Source: Thermodesulfobacteriota bacterium (GTDB lineage Bacteria > Desulfobacterota > Binatia > Bin18). Taken from it: a stretch of 64,000 nucleotides of DNA. Positions 38,859 through 49,441 of the stretch are shown here, in pieces. The stretch's first letter is position 1. Each line of letters opens with the position of its first letter. The stretch is from positions 3,424,001 through 3,488,000 of the forward strand of contig OZ219926.1 in the NCBI GenBank assembly GCA_964291405.2. The letters are read 5' to 3'. The position numbers were made by a program, and so were the translations under genes. A model generated the notes under the pieces. The model worked only from the letters and a program-made list of their open reading frames with translations, made no database searches and was not told the DNA's origin.

Positions 38859-40361
38859 ATGCCTGTGCGTATGCCCACCCCTCAGGATTTGCGCGACGCC
38901 GGTCGGCGCTTCGGTTTTGACGTACATGACGAGGAGGTTGACGGCTTCTCGCAGTATATCCGCGAGATGCTGCCGGCCTACCGGCGCCTTGACGAGTTGG
39001 TTGCCCCCACCGTCCCGGTCAAGTATCCGCGGCGGGATTTCGGGGCACGACCGGCGACCGAGGACAACCGGGACAACGGCTGGGCGTGGCGGTGCTCCAT
39101 CCCCGGTGCGCCCGACGGCCCGCTGGCCGGTAAGACGGTGGGGCTGAAGGACCATGTGCGCGTTGCGGGTGTTCCCATGATGAACAGCTCCAGCCTCATG
39201 GAAGGCTATGTGCCGACCGAAGACGCGACGATAGTCACCCGCCTGCTCGATGCCGGCGCCGAGATCATCGGCAAGGTGGTGAATGGCTCGCACTGTTTCG
39301 ACGCAATCGGGCTCAGCATCTATCCTGGGCCGCAGCCGATCAACCCGGCCACGGGCCGCCATTGCGCCGGCGGGTCGTCAAACGGCAGCGCGGTCGTGGT
39401 CGCCAACGGCGATGCGGATATCACCATGGGCGGTGACCAGGGTGGCTCGATTCGTATTCCGGCGGCCTGGTGCGGCATTGTGGGACTCAAACCGACCTTC
39501 GGCCTGGTGCCGCATACCGGGTTGGCCGGCCTCGATCCTACGGTCGATCATACTGGGCCGATGACGAAAACGGTGCGCGACTGCGCGCTGGCCTTGCAGG
39601 CCGTGGCCGGTGCGGACAGTCTGGACCCGCGCCAGAAAGACGTCCAGGTCAAGGATTACACCACCCACCTCGAAGAGGGTGTCGACGGCCTGCGGATAGG
39701 CGTCCTCACCCAGGGTTTCGGTCACGCCCAATCCATGCCTGAGGTGGACGCGGCTGTGCGCGAGGCCGCGCGGGTGTTGGAGCGTGTCGGGGCGACGCTG
39801 GCTGACGTTTCGGTCCCGATGCACCTGGACGGCAACGCGATTCTGTGGCCGCTCATGATTCAGGGCGGGAACGAGACCAATAAGCAGGATGGCTGGGGAC
39901 ACGGCTGGTCGGGCCACTACGCCCTGGATCACGTGAACTTCATGCACCGGGCCGTCAAGGCGCGTGCAAACGATCTGCCGCTGGGCCTGAAGCTCGTGCT
40001 GCTGCTCGGTGAATACACCTACCAACGCTACGGTATGCACTATTATGCCAAGGCGCAGAACCTGACGCGCGCGCTGCGGGCCGCCTACGAGCGGGCCTTC
40101 GAGGACGTCGATGTATTGCTCATGCCGACGATCCCGTTTACCGCCCCGCCCATGCCCGAAGCGGAACTCTCGCCGTACGAGTTTCTGTCGATTTTTGCCA
40201 ACATGATCCACAATACCGGGTCGTTCAACGCGACCGGCCATCCGGCGCTCACTGTTCCCTGCGGCGAGCACGGGGGGCTGCCGGTCGGCCTGCAACTGGT
40301 CGGCCGGCACTTTGAAGACGACGTGCTGCTGCGGGCCGCGTATGCCTATGAGCAGAGCTGA
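38859..40361 (+). CDS. Amidase signature family enzyme
   Basis: GLKD, GGSSNGS, GDQGGSIRIPA (Lys-Ser-Ser triad), GLKPTFG. Confidence 0.93.
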   Translation: MPVRMPTPQDLRDAGRRFGFDVHDEEVDGFSQYIREMLPAYRRLDELVAPTVPVKYPRRDFGARPATEDNRDNGWAWRCSIPGAPDGPLAGKTVGLKDHVRVAGVPMMNSSSLMEGYVPTEDATIVTRLLDAGAEIIGKVVNGSHCFDAIGLSIYPGPQPINPATGRHCAGGSSNGSAVVVANGDADITMGGDQGGSIRIPAAWCGIVGLKPTFGLVPHTGLAGLDPTVDHTGPMTKTVRDCALALQAVAGADSLDPRQKDVQVKDYTTHLEEGVDGLRIGVLTQGFGHAQSMPEVDAAVREAARVLERVGATLADVSVPMHLDGNAILWPLMIQGGNETNKQDGWGHGWSGHYALDHVNFMHRAVKARANDLPLGLKLVLLLGEYTYQRYGMHYYAKAQNLTRALRAAYERAFEDVDVLLMPTIPFTAPPMPEAELSPYEFLSIFANMIHNTGSFNATGHPALTVPCGEHGGLPVGLQLVGRHFEDDVLLRAAYAYEQS

Positions 40362-40376
40362 GGTTCTGGCGGCGAA

Positions 40377-41543
40377 TCAGGGGGGTCCTGGCTGGCCGAC
40401 GAGTTCCCGGGCGAGCCAGCGGTAGAACTGGGCAATGGTTTGCTCGAACGGGCTCAGCGGCCCGCGCGCCGCCTTGCTCGAATGCATAGCCTTGGCGAGT
40501 TCGGTGGTCGCCAGCTTGTCCTGTTCGTTGACGCGTTCCATGATCTCGCGACGCTGCTCGCCGATATCCGGGGCGACTTCGAGCAGGTCCGGCGACGCCA
40601 GATAGCCGCCCAGAATCCCGGTGCGCTCGGGTCCCTGTGGGTGGAAGCTCAACCAGTTGTTGCCGTTGGGCCGCATCGCCATGGTAAACGCCGGCCAGAT
40701 ATAGACCATATACCCGGTGGTGAGGTCCTCTTCGGTGAAGGTGTCCAGACGTCCTCTGGGTGACATGGTGTGGCCACTGGATTTGAGCGCCTCGTTCATG
40801 CGGCAGCGCATATGGGTGAAGGACAAATCCGCGGGCGGCGGCGGGGTATAGGAATTCTGGCCCGGCATATAGTCCTGCACCGTGTCGCTGTGCAGCCCCA
40901 TGTGGTGGTAGTACTCCATCGAGTTCTCGGCCGAGAGCTTCCAGTTGCCGTCCCAGACGGATTCGTAATGAAAAATCTCTTTTTGCTCGGCCACGCGATA
41001 GTTGGCGATATAGCCTTCGAGGGTTTGCATTTGGGCGGCGAGTGGAGGCGCATCTTCATTCAGATTGACAAACAAGAAGCCGAACCATTCTTCGAGTCGG
41101 TAGCGCGGCAAGCCGCATGCATCGCGGTCGAAGCGGCCCACGCCTTCCATATGCGGCGCGGATAGCAGGCGGCCGTCGGTCGCATACGTCCAGGCGTGGT
41201 AGGGACAGACAAACCGGCGCGTGCTGCCCGAGTCCTGCACGAGCGGCATGAAACGGTGCCGGCAGATGTTTGACAACGCCCGAACCTGGCCATCGCCGCC
41301 ACGCACGATGATGAGCATGTCACCCAGGACATCGAAGGCGTAATAGTCGCCCGGATTGGGGGTATATTCTGCGCGCCCGACACAGATCCAGGCGTGCTTG
41401 AAAATTTTCTCGATCTCCAATGCGTACAGCTCGGACGACCGGTAGGCTGCGGGCGGCAGGCTGAGGCAGTCAGTGTCGTCGAGCGAGAGATACTCGCCGA
41501 GCACTGCGAGCAGTTGGGCCAGCGTCGGCTGGGGCGAGACCAT
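40377..41543 (-). CDS. Rieske non-heme iron oxygenase alpha subunit (choline monooxygenase-like)
   Basis: CRHR...CPYHAW Rieske motif; NWK..ENSMEYYH...H iron site. Confidence 0.9.
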   Translation of the reverse strand: MVSPQPTLAQLLAVLGEYLSLDDTDCLSLPPAAYRSSELYALEIEKIFKHAWICVGRAEYTPNPGDYYAFDVLGDMLIIVRGGDGQVRALSNICRHRFMPLVQDSGSTRRFVCPYHAWTYATDGRLLSAPHMEGVGRFDRDACGLPRYRLEEWFGFLFVNLNEDAPPLAAQMQTLEGYIANYRVAEQKEIFHYESVWDGNWKLSAENSMEYYHHMGLHSDTVQDYMPGQNSYTPPPPADLSFTHMRCRMNEALKSSGHTMSPRGRLDTFTEEDLTTGYMVYIWPAFTMAMRPNGNNWLSFHPQGPERTGILGGYLASPDLLEVAPDIGEQRREIMERVNEQDKLATTELAKAMHSSKAARGPLSPFEQTIAQFYRWLARELVGQPGPP

Positions 41544-41598
41544 GTGGATATTCAATCACGAAATCAGCCCCAGGAGAAGGTCTCGTGGACTCGGTATG

Positions 41599-43431
41599 TT
41601 ACCGACTGCGTTGATAGAAAAACAGCAGCGCGGCCAGCACGGCAAGAATGCTCAGCCCGGTTTGCAGGCCGTCCGGCAGGCCAAGCTCAAGGCGGCTGAA
41701 GCCCAGGCTGGCGGCTAGTGCAATACCGACACCGGTCAGGGCCTCGCCGGCAATGGCCCCCGAGGCTAACAGCACGCCGGGCTGAGAGGCAGCGGTCTCT
41801 GAGGATGGGGGTCGCTTGCGGTGCAGGAGGGCGGACAGCAGGCCACCCAGAAAAATCGGAACGCTCAGCCCGAACGGCAGATACATACCGACCGCAACCG
41901 GCATGAGGTGGAGCCGGAAAGCTACTCCCCGTCGGGCGAGTAGCCGGTCCACCCCAACCAGCACGAGACCGATCATGGCTCCAGTCCCGACCAGATGCCA
42001 AGGCAGCTGACCGTCGCCGAAAAAACCGCGTGCCAGACTGGCAAACAGTTGCGCCTGGGGGGCGGCGAGTTCCTTGCCGCCAATGCCGCCGGGCGTGTAA
42101 TCGTGCAGCAGTTGCAGGACGGGTGCCATAATCAGCGCGGCCACGGCCACGCCGCCGATCTGCATGATTTGCTGGCGGCGGGGCGAGGCGCCGACCAACT
42201 GACCGGTCTTGAGATCGTTGCACACATCACCGGCTGTGCAGGCTGTACAGCACACTACCGCGGCCACGCCCAGGATGGCCAGCATGCCGGTCGTGCCCGT
42301 AAAGCCGAATAGGACGAGCATCAGTCCGGTAACCAGTACGGTCGTGATGGTCATGCCCGAGACCGGGCTGTTGGAGTTGCCAACCAGGCCCACGATATAA
42401 CTGGCCACTGCGGTAAAAAAGAGGGCCATGACGAACATGATCGTGGTGGCCGTCAGGGTCACATCCATCCGCCCGGTAAACAGAAAATACACACTACCGG
42501 TGAGGGCCAGGCAGCCCAGAGTCAGGGCGCCGATCCAGGTCAGCGGCATATCCTGAGACACGTCCCGAGTTCCTGTCCGGGCAGCCGGCAGCAGCGACCG
42601 GATGGCCTCACCCAAGCCGCTCCATACCTGCCCAATGGTCACCACACCACCCACGACCATGGCGCCGACCCCAATATAGCGCACCTGCTGTGACCATACC
42701 GTGTAGGCGCGTTCAACCGGATTTTCGGGGCCGGAGACGTACGCACCCAAGATGGGTAGGGTCAGCAGCCAACCCAGCCCGCCTCCCAGAAATACGAGGG
42801 CCGCGATGTTGAGCCGGACGATCATGCCCACACCCAATAGAGCAACTGACAGATCGCTACCCAGATAGACCACGCTCTTGCCCACCACCCAGGCCCCTTC
42901 GAGCGTTCCCCTGAGTACGCCGACAAAGCTCACCAGCGCCTTGAAGACAAAGCCAAACAGGGCTCCCTGGATGATCTGGCGGGCGTCCTGGTCACCAGAT
43001 TGTTGACCGGTTTTCAGTACCGCGGCACACGCCACGCCTTCGGGAAAGGGCAGGGTGTCGGCGGTGACAAACACCCGGCGCATTGGAATCATGAGCACAA
43101 TACCCAGCAGGCCACCGGCCAGGGCAACCAGCGTGGTCAACAGCATGTCAAACTCGTGCCACACACCGACCAGAACCAGGGCTGGCATAGTAAAAATAAT
43201 GCCGGCGGCCAGAGACTCGCCCGCGGACGCTGCGGTCTGGGCCTGGTTGGCTTCAAGCACCGACTGTCTGCCCAGCAGGACGCGTAAGATCAGCAGGGAG
43301 ACCACCGCGGCCGGAATGGAGGCCGACACCGTCATGCCGACCTTGAGGCCCAGATAGACGTTTGCCGCGCCCATGATCACAGCGAGGGCCAGCCCTATGG
43401 AGATGGAGTAGACCGTCAGTTCCTGCCGCAT
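41599..43431 (-). CDS. OPT family oligopeptide transporter
   Basis: YLGLKVGMTVSASIPAAV, ASAGES, FPEG.A, NSPVSG, DLKTG, APQA. Confidence 0.92.
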   Translation of the reverse strand: MRQELTVYSISIGLALAVIMGAANVYLGLKVGMTVSASIPAAVVSLLILRVLLGRQSVLEANQAQTAASAGESLAAGIIFTMPALVLVGVWHEFDMLLTTLVALAGGLLGIVLMIPMRRVFVTADTLPFPEGVACAAVLKTGQQSGDQDARQIIQGALFGFVFKALVSFVGVLRGTLEGAWVVGKSVVYLGSDLSVALLGVGMIVRLNIAALVFLGGGLGWLLTLPILGAYVSGPENPVERAYTVWSQQVRYIGVGAMVVGGVVTIGQVWSGLGEAIRSLLPAARTGTRDVSQDMPLTWIGALTLGCLALTGSVYFLFTGRMDVTLTATTIMFVMALFFTAVASYIVGLVGNSNSPVSGMTITTVLVTGLMLVLFGFTGTTGMLAILGVAAVVCCTACTAGDVCNDLKTGQLVGASPRRQQIMQIGGVAVAALIMAPVLQLLHDYTPGGIGGKELAAPQAQLFASLARGFFGDGQLPWHLVGTGAMIGLVLVGVDRLLARRGVAFRLHLMPVAVGMYLPFGLSVPIFLGGLLSALLHRKRPPSSETAASQPGVLLASGAIAGEALTGVGIALAASLGFSRLELGLPDGLQTGLSILAVLAALLFFYQRSR

Positions 43432-43583
43432 GAGCTGTTACTTAGCCTGTTCTGGGTGGCATCGAAAGATTAGCCACGAACAGATGCTGCCCCCTGTTAG
43501 ATGTCTTGCCAGCGCGAGGGAAAGCTTCTACAAGCATTTCCAGGGAGCACTGGCCCGTTATGGCCAGGGAGTATTGAAACCTG

Positions 43584-45638
43584 ATGTCCTATCGTCTTGG
43601 TGTTGATGTGGGCGGTACTTTTACCGACTGCCTGCTGATTGACGAAGAACGTGGCAGTGCCGTCACGGCCAAGGTACTGTCAACGCCGACCGATCCGTCT
43701 GTGGGCGTACTCAACGGGATTGTGCTGGTATGCGAACGGGCCGGGGCGGATGCTCGCGATATCGCTCATGTGCTGCACGGCACCACCGTTGCAACCAATG
43801 CGATCTTAACCGGCAGTGGGGCCCGGGTTGGCTTGGTGACAACCCAGGGCTACCGCCAGGTGTTACAGATTGCGCGCTCTTTTGTGCCCGGCGCGCTGAG
43901 CGGCTGGGTGTTGTATAATAAAAGCGAACCTCTGGCCGCGCTGGAATGTACGGTTGAGGTGTCCGAACGCATCAGTGCCACGGGCGAGGTCGTGGACCCC
44001 TTGGATGAGGCTCAAGCCCGCCAAGCGTTGCGAAGCCTGCACGCCCGGCAGATCGAATCCCTGACCATTTCTCTTATCAATGCCTATGCCAACGGTACGC
44101 ACGAACAACGCCTGCGTACGCTGGCGGCGGAAGAGTTGCCCGGCCTGCCGGTCTCCCTGTCGTCCGAAGTCATTCCGGAAATGCAGGAGTATGAGCGGAC
44201 TATTACCACGGTGGCGAATTCCTACGTCCGGCCCGTGGTCGAAACCTATGTGCGCAATATCAAGACCGAACTGGCCAAAACCATGCGGGACCCCAAGCTC
44301 CACATCCTGCGCTCGGACGGTGGGCTGGCCTCGGCCCAGGCTGCCGGGCACTATCCGGTGAATTTACTGATGAGCGGGCCCGCCGGCGGAGTCTCGGGAG
44401 CTATTTGGGTGGCCGGCCAGGCCGGATATCAGAACCTGCTGACGTTTGACATGGGTGGCACCTCGACCGACGTGGCCCTGGTTCAAGACGGCAAGGCCCA
44501 GCTCCGGCGTGAGACCACGGTCGGAGATGTGACGGTCCGGGCGTCCTCGGTTGACGTGCGCTCAGTTGGGGCGGGCGGTGGCTCGATTGCCCACGTACCG
44601 GAGCTGACCGCGGCGCTGCGGGTTGGCCCGCATAGTGCCGGCGCCGACCCCGGCCCGGCCTGCTATGGTAAAGGCGGCGATGAGCCTACCGTCACAGATG
44701 CCAATCTCGTGCTTGGCTATCTGCCTGCGGCGACCCGGCTAGGTGGAGAAATGGTGCTTGATCTCGCCGCGGCCGAGCAGGCCGTTGATACAGTCGCGCG
44801 CGGTCTGGGTATGTCGGTCAAACAGGCTGCGGCCGGCATCATCGATATTGTGAATGAAAAAATGTTCAGCGCCCTGCGGCTGATCTCGGTCCAGCAGGGT
44901 ATTGATCCGCGCGACTACGCGCTGACTGCCTTTGGCGGGGCGGGTCCTTTGCACGCCAACGCCCTGGCCAGGCTGCTCGGTGCCTGGCCGGTGATTATTC
45001 CCAGAGGGCCGGGTGTGCTGTGTGCCTATGGGGACGCCACAACACGCTTGCGGAACGAAACCTCTCGTACCCTGTTGCGCCCGTTCTCGCAGCTTGAGAC
45101 GGCCGATGTGATTACGGTATGCGACGAACTCGCCCAGGCTGCGGCCCGCGCCCTTGACGCCGAAAACGTGCCGCGCGCAGACCAGATGACCAGCTTTGAG
45201 ATCGATCTCCGTTACCACGGTCAGGGCACGCTGCTTACCCTGGAGCTGGAGCGGCAGGAATTACAGCATGGGGGTTTGGCGGCAGTTGGGGAGCGATTTG
45301 ATCGCCTGCACGAGCAGTTGTACACCTTTGCGCTCGACTCCGACCGTGAACTGGTCAATATCCGGGCCGTTGTGCAGGGTACGGCCACTACGGTGACGCC
45401 CTATCGCGCCGAGCCGGGAGACGGTAACCCGGCCCGCGCGGCAATGGGGGAACAGCCGGTGTTTCTCGACAATACGGACCGGCCGGCCGTGATCTATGAC
45501 CGGACGCGGTTGTGTGCCCAAGACGTCATCAGCGGTCCAGCTATTGTCATGGAAATGGACTCGACCAGCTTGATTCTGTCCGACCATATCGGTCGGGTCG
45601 ATACGTATGGTAATATTCTGATCACCCCGGAGGCCTGA
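43584..45638 (+). CDS. Hydantoinase A/oxoprolinase family subunit
   Basis: GVDVGGTFTD, HGTTVATN, SGPAGG, DMGGTSTD, GAGGGS, SAGADPGPACY. Confidence 0.95.
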   Translation: MSYRLGVDVGGTFTDCLLIDEERGSAVTAKVLSTPTDPSVGVLNGIVLVCERAGADARDIAHVLHGTTVATNAILTGSGARVGLVTTQGYRQVLQIARSFVPGALSGWVLYNKSEPLAALECTVEVSERISATGEVVDPLDEAQARQALRSLHARQIESLTISLINAYANGTHEQRLRTLAAEELPGLPVSLSSEVIPEMQEYERTITTVANSYVRPVVETYVRNIKTELAKTMRDPKLHILRSDGGLASAQAAGHYPVNLLMSGPAGGVSGAIWVAGQAGYQNLLTFDMGGTSTDVALVQDGKAQLRRETTVGDVTVRASSVDVRSVGAGGGSIAHVPELTAALRVGPHSAGADPGPACYGKGGDEPTVTDANLVLGYLPAATRLGGEMVLDLAAAEQAVDTVARGLGMSVKQAAAGIIDIVNEKMFSALRLISVQQGIDPRDYALTAFGGAGPLHANALARLLGAWPVIIPRGPGVLCAYGDATTRLRNETSRTLLRPFSQLETADVITVCDELAQAAARALDAENVPRADQMTSFEIDLRYHGQGTLLTLELERQELQHGGLAAVGERFDRLHEQLYTFALDSDRELVNIRAVVQGTATTVTPYRAEPGDGNPARAAMGEQPVFLDNTDRPAVIYDRTRLCAQDVISGPAIVMEMDSTSLILSDHIGRVDTYGNILITPEA

Positions 45639-45676
45639 ATGTCGGAGGGGATAAGCCCAAAGAAGGAGCAGCGACT

Positions 45677-47668
45677 ATGCCGGCCACGATTATTGAGACC
45701 CATCCGCAAGCGCATACTCCCCTCCCTCGCGTTCCGGTCGATCCGATTACGCTTGATCTGATTGAAAACGGCCTAGTGGCCGCACGGGAACAGATGGACG
45801 CCCTGCTGTTCCGGACTGCCATGTCGCCGATCATCCGCGACCAGCGCGACGGCTTTCCGGTCATTACCAGCCGGGACGGCAAACTGTTAGCCGGACAGTT
45901 TGGCTCGCCCGTACACGGTTTTACCGAGCGGTATGACGGAACGATTGAAGAGGGCGATATCTTCCTGACCTCAGACCCCTATGAATGTGACGGTGCTATC
46001 AGCCACGCCAATGACTGGTTGGTCTGCATGCCCGTGTTCAAGGACGGCCGGCTGATCAACTGGTCCGCCATGTTCGGGCATATGGCCGATATTGGTGGCA
46101 AGGTGCCGGGTAGCATACCGATCGATTCCGAACAGATCTTTGAGGAGGGGATTTGTATTCCGCCGGTCAAAATTTTCAGCAAAGGAGTCCTCCAGGAAGA
46201 AATCCTGCGTGTCATCCTGCATAACTGCCGCATTCCCGAGTGGAACCGGGGTGATTTTCATTCCATTGTGGCAGCCTGTCGGATGGCTGCCAGCCGCTGT
46301 GTTGAAATGGCCGAGCGGTTCGGCGAAGCGGTCTATGTCTCCGCCCTGCACGATCTCCTCGACCGCAACCGGCGCGCCATGCAGAAGCTCATCAGCGAGA
46401 CCATTACCGAAGAGAAGCGCCACTTTGAGGACTATATCTGTGATGACGGCATGGGTATGGGACCGTACAAAATTGCCTGTAGCCTGTGGCGTGAGGGCGA
46501 GCGGATCGTTTTTGACTTTAGCGACACCGACCCGCAGTCGGTCGGCGCGATCAATTTTCTCCTGAGCGAGCAGATGTTCCGGATGTTCTGCGGCCAGTTC
46601 ATGATCAATTTCTTCGATCCCCAGATTCTTCTTAACGACGGATTTTTTGACTTGGTGGATGTCCGTATTCCCGAAGGCTGTTTGCTCAAGCCGCTCAAGC
46701 CTGCGGCCCTGTCGAGTCGCACCCACGCCCTGGCCCGCATCTTTGACGTGCTGAGCGGTCTGCTAGGCCAGTCCAACCCTGACTATATGTGCGCGGCCGG
46801 ATTCTCAGACAGCCCGCATTTGATGTACTCGGGTTACGACCAGGATGGGGACTGGTTTCTGCTCTTCCAAATCGGTTTTGGCGGTATTCCCGGCAAGCCA
46901 GGCGGCGACGGGCCGGACGGCCACTCCTTATGGCCAAAATTCATGAACGTCCCGAACGAATTTATTGAAAGCTATTTCCCGGTGCGGATTGAATGTTATG
47001 AGACCATACCGGATAGCGGCGGTCCAGGGCTGCATCGGGGTGGCAATGCCATGAATGTGGGCTATCGGTTCCTGGCCCCCGGTGTGCTTTCTCTACACGA
47101 CGATCGCTGGTTGACCTATCCCTGGGGGGTGCGGGGCGGCCTGCCGGGCGGTCGAAGTACGAAAATCATCGAACGCACGGACGGCCGGCGTGAGCTGTTG
47201 CCGTCCAAATGTGACCGGGTGCGGGTCGAGGTCGGAGACAAGCTGCTGTTCAAGACCTGGGGCGGCGGCGGCTGGGGTAATCCGCTGGAGCGCCCAGCCC
47301 ATAAAGTCGCGGCCGATGTGGACCGGGGGCTGGTGACGCGGGAAGGGGCCAAACGCTACGGGGTGGTCCTGCGGGACGACCTGAGTGTGGATGAGCCGGC
47401 CACAACCGCGCTGCGCGCCGAGCTGGCACGGCAACGCGGTCCAGCCGAGTTGTTCGATTTCGGTGGCAATATTGCCGAACTGAAAGCGCGCTGCAAAGCG
47501 GAGACCGGTTTCGACCCCCCTCAGCCGCCAACCTTTGCCGCTTGGGTCCGGGCGCGGCAGGGGAAGACCCAAGTTGTGAGTCACGTCAACGGCGGACAAC
47601 CCGTCTCCGCATCAACGGAAGCGGAATATACGGGCGAGATTCCCTTGCCGGAGCCACGAGCGAAGTAG
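45677..47668 (+). CDS. Hydantoinase B/oxoprolinase family subunit
   Basis: SHAND, GHMADIGG, IFEEG, DSGGPG.HRGG, GGGGWGNP. Confidence 0.95.
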   Translation: MPATIIETHPQAHTPLPRVPVDPITLDLIENGLVAAREQMDALLFRTAMSPIIRDQRDGFPVITSRDGKLLAGQFGSPVHGFTERYDGTIEEGDIFLTSDPYECDGAISHANDWLVCMPVFKDGRLINWSAMFGHMADIGGKVPGSIPIDSEQIFEEGICIPPVKIFSKGVLQEEILRVILHNCRIPEWNRGDFHSIVAACRMAASRCVEMAERFGEAVYVSALHDLLDRNRRAMQKLISETITEEKRHFEDYICDDGMGMGPYKIACSLWREGERIVFDFSDTDPQSVGAINFLLSEQMFRMFCGQFMINFFDPQILLNDGFFDLVDVRIPEGCLLKPLKPAALSSRTHALARIFDVLSGLLGQSNPDYMCAAGFSDSPHLMYSGYDQDGDWFLLFQIGFGGIPGKPGGDGPDGHSLWPKFMNVPNEFIESYFPVRIECYETIPDSGGPGLHRGGNAMNVGYRFLAPGVLSLHDDRWLTYPWGVRGGLPGGRSTKIIERTDGRRELLPSKCDRVRVEVGDKLLFKTWGGGGWGNPLERPAHKVAADVDRGLVTREGAKRYGVVLRDDLSVDEPATTALRAELARQRGPAELFDFGGNIAELKARCKAETGFDPPQPPTFAAWVRARQGKTQVVSHVNGGQPVSASTEAEYTGEIPLPEPRAK

Positions 47669-47683
47669 CGAGATGGTCCCTTC

Positions 47684-47758
47684 CGTCATTCCGGCGAAAG
47701 CCGGAACCCAGGTCTCGACTTCAGCCTCTGGATGTCGGATCACGCCCGGGGCATGACG
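47684..47758. repeat. Degenerate GTCATTCCGGCGAAAGCCGG-type palindromic element between convergent genes
   Basis: CGTCATTCCGGCGAAAGCCGGAACCCAG...CTGGAT...GCATGACG. Confidence 0.65.
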
Positions 47759-47784
47759 AGAGCGGAACGGCACGCCTACAACCG

Positions 47785-48663
47785 TCACTCATGCACATAT
47801 GAAGGCTGGTTGAGATTCCAGTCGTACTCGTAGTCCACTGACCCGGCAAAGTCCTTGAGACGGGCCGCGAGTCCTGCCTCGGCGTACTGGATGAGGTGGG
47901 CCAGCACGGACGTTTGGTTACCGCCGAAGTCCTCCACATACCAGTCATAGATGCTCGAAATCACCAGGAAGTCGTCGTCCACGAAATCCACTCCGCGCGG
48001 ATGATTGACATAGGCGCGCGCACCAGCGTCAAGCAGTTCCTCGGTGTTGGCCGCGGTAAAGACCGTTGGCGACTGATTCGGGCAGCCGTAGCTGGCACAG
48101 TTCACGGCGTAGTGGATCCGGTTGTCGCGCCAGATGGGCCGCAGGATGCCGTGTTCGATATTGTTGAGCGTCAACTCCTGGCCGGCGACCTGAGCGTGGA
48201 CGTCGTCCCAGGGGCCGGATAAGGGGATCCAACTCTCGTGGATGCCGCGGATGGAATCCACGGGATAGGCGTTGACGACGACCTGCACGGTGAGCGCGTT
48301 ATAGAAGTTGATCCAGTAGGCTTTCTGTTCGGCCCTGGCATAGGCTCGCGGATCGTGGGCCTGCAAATGCGCCAGGTAACCGGCCAGCTTGGCCCTATCC
48401 TCGTCGCTGGCCTTGAGCGCGGCATAGTCGAAGCGGTTGACGCCCGACGGGTGAGAACTGAGGTAGGTGGTCAGGAGATTCTGCCAGGCGCTGTGATCGA
48501 TGGTTGCGGTATTGGTCTCGTCGCTCGTGTCCCAGACCTCGAGCAGGGCCGATGAAGGTGCGGCCAGGACGAAGCTGGGAACGACGAGTAGGGCCGTTAC
48601 GACCAGACCCAGTACCAGCCGACCGTGATAGATCGCCCGTTCAGTGGGGTGGAGCTGCTTCAT
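47785..48663 (-). CDS. DUF547 domain secreted protein
   Basis: AYWINFYNALT, LNNIEHGILR, RIHYAVNCASYGCP, SSIYDWY..DF, YDWNLN. Confidence 0.92.
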   Translation of the reverse strand: MKQLHPTERAIYHGRLVLGLVVTALLVVPSFVLAAPSSALLEVWDTSDETNTATIDHSAWQNLLTTYLSSHPSGVNRFDYAALKASDEDRAKLAGYLAHLQAHDPRAYARAEQKAYWINFYNALTVQVVVNAYPVDSIRGIHESWIPLSGPWDDVHAQVAGQELTLNNIEHGILRPIWRDNRIHYAVNCASYGCPNQSPTVFTAANTEELLDAGARAYVNHPRGVDFVDDDFLVISSIYDWYVEDFGGNQTSVLAHLIQYAEAGLAARLKDFAGSVDYEYDWNLNQPSYVHE

Positions 48664-49005
48664 AGTTAGTTCTCTCCTCAACACTCATGTACTATCTGAT
48701 TCTTTGCAGAACGAAAGGCCCGTGACCAGGGCCGGTGGGCTGACTGTGCGCCTGTATCCTACGCATCCGCCAATACTGACAAGGGGGGCTTGCACTCTCT
48801 CTCAGATTCGCATTATATTGCGCAATTATTAAATTATACAGTCTGTATGCATGGAAAATAGTCAAATAGAGCCTTGTACTCATTTCCAGTCCACATTATG
48901 GTCGTCAACAGGATTCTTCATTATCCCCCATCCTTCGATTCTCCGAAGCCTATCCTGCCCCTCAGGTCTATAGAAACGCACAACACTTTTATAGGAGGAA
49001 ACCAT

Positions 49006-49374
49006 ATGAAAGCGGTAATCGGTATAGTGGCCCTCGTTGTTCTCGGAGCCCTGTGGCAGGTGTCCGCGTCCGCATCGGGCTCCATTTCGATAGGCGGCGG
49101 CATAAGCCCCCGAGACGCGTACACGCAGGGCAAGAAGCTCACCTTCAAGAAGCTTGTATGCTCCTCCTGCCCAATCCAGCGGGGCGAGCTGGACCAAACT
49201 CGGGCTCAGAGCCTGAAGAACAGCCTTGAGGCGCGCGATGCGGAAACCAAGCCGGGCACGCCGGACGACGAACATATCCAGTTGCTGTGTCCGGGCAGCC
49301 AGGGGACTGATTGCGGTAGTGTGGACGAACAGGAACTCGTCCATTATTACCTGACCCGCCGCTACAAGCTGTAA
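49006..49374 (+). CDS. Small secreted protein with CxxCP motif
   Basis: AGGAGG RBS, signal peptide ending SASA, AYTQGKKL....VCSSCP, C-terminal LVHYYLTRRYKL. Confidence 0.8.
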   Translation: MKAVIGIVALVVLGALWQVSASASGSISIGGGISPRDAYTQGKKLTFKKLVCSSCPIQRGELDQTRAQSLKNSLEARDAETKPGTPDDEHIQLLCPGSQGTDCGSVDEQELVHYYLTRRYKL

Positions 49375-49441
49375 CTGTTTGATCCTGCGGTCACGCCACG
49401 CGCCTTAGCCGTCTTACCGACGAAGTAGAGAGGTCTATATT

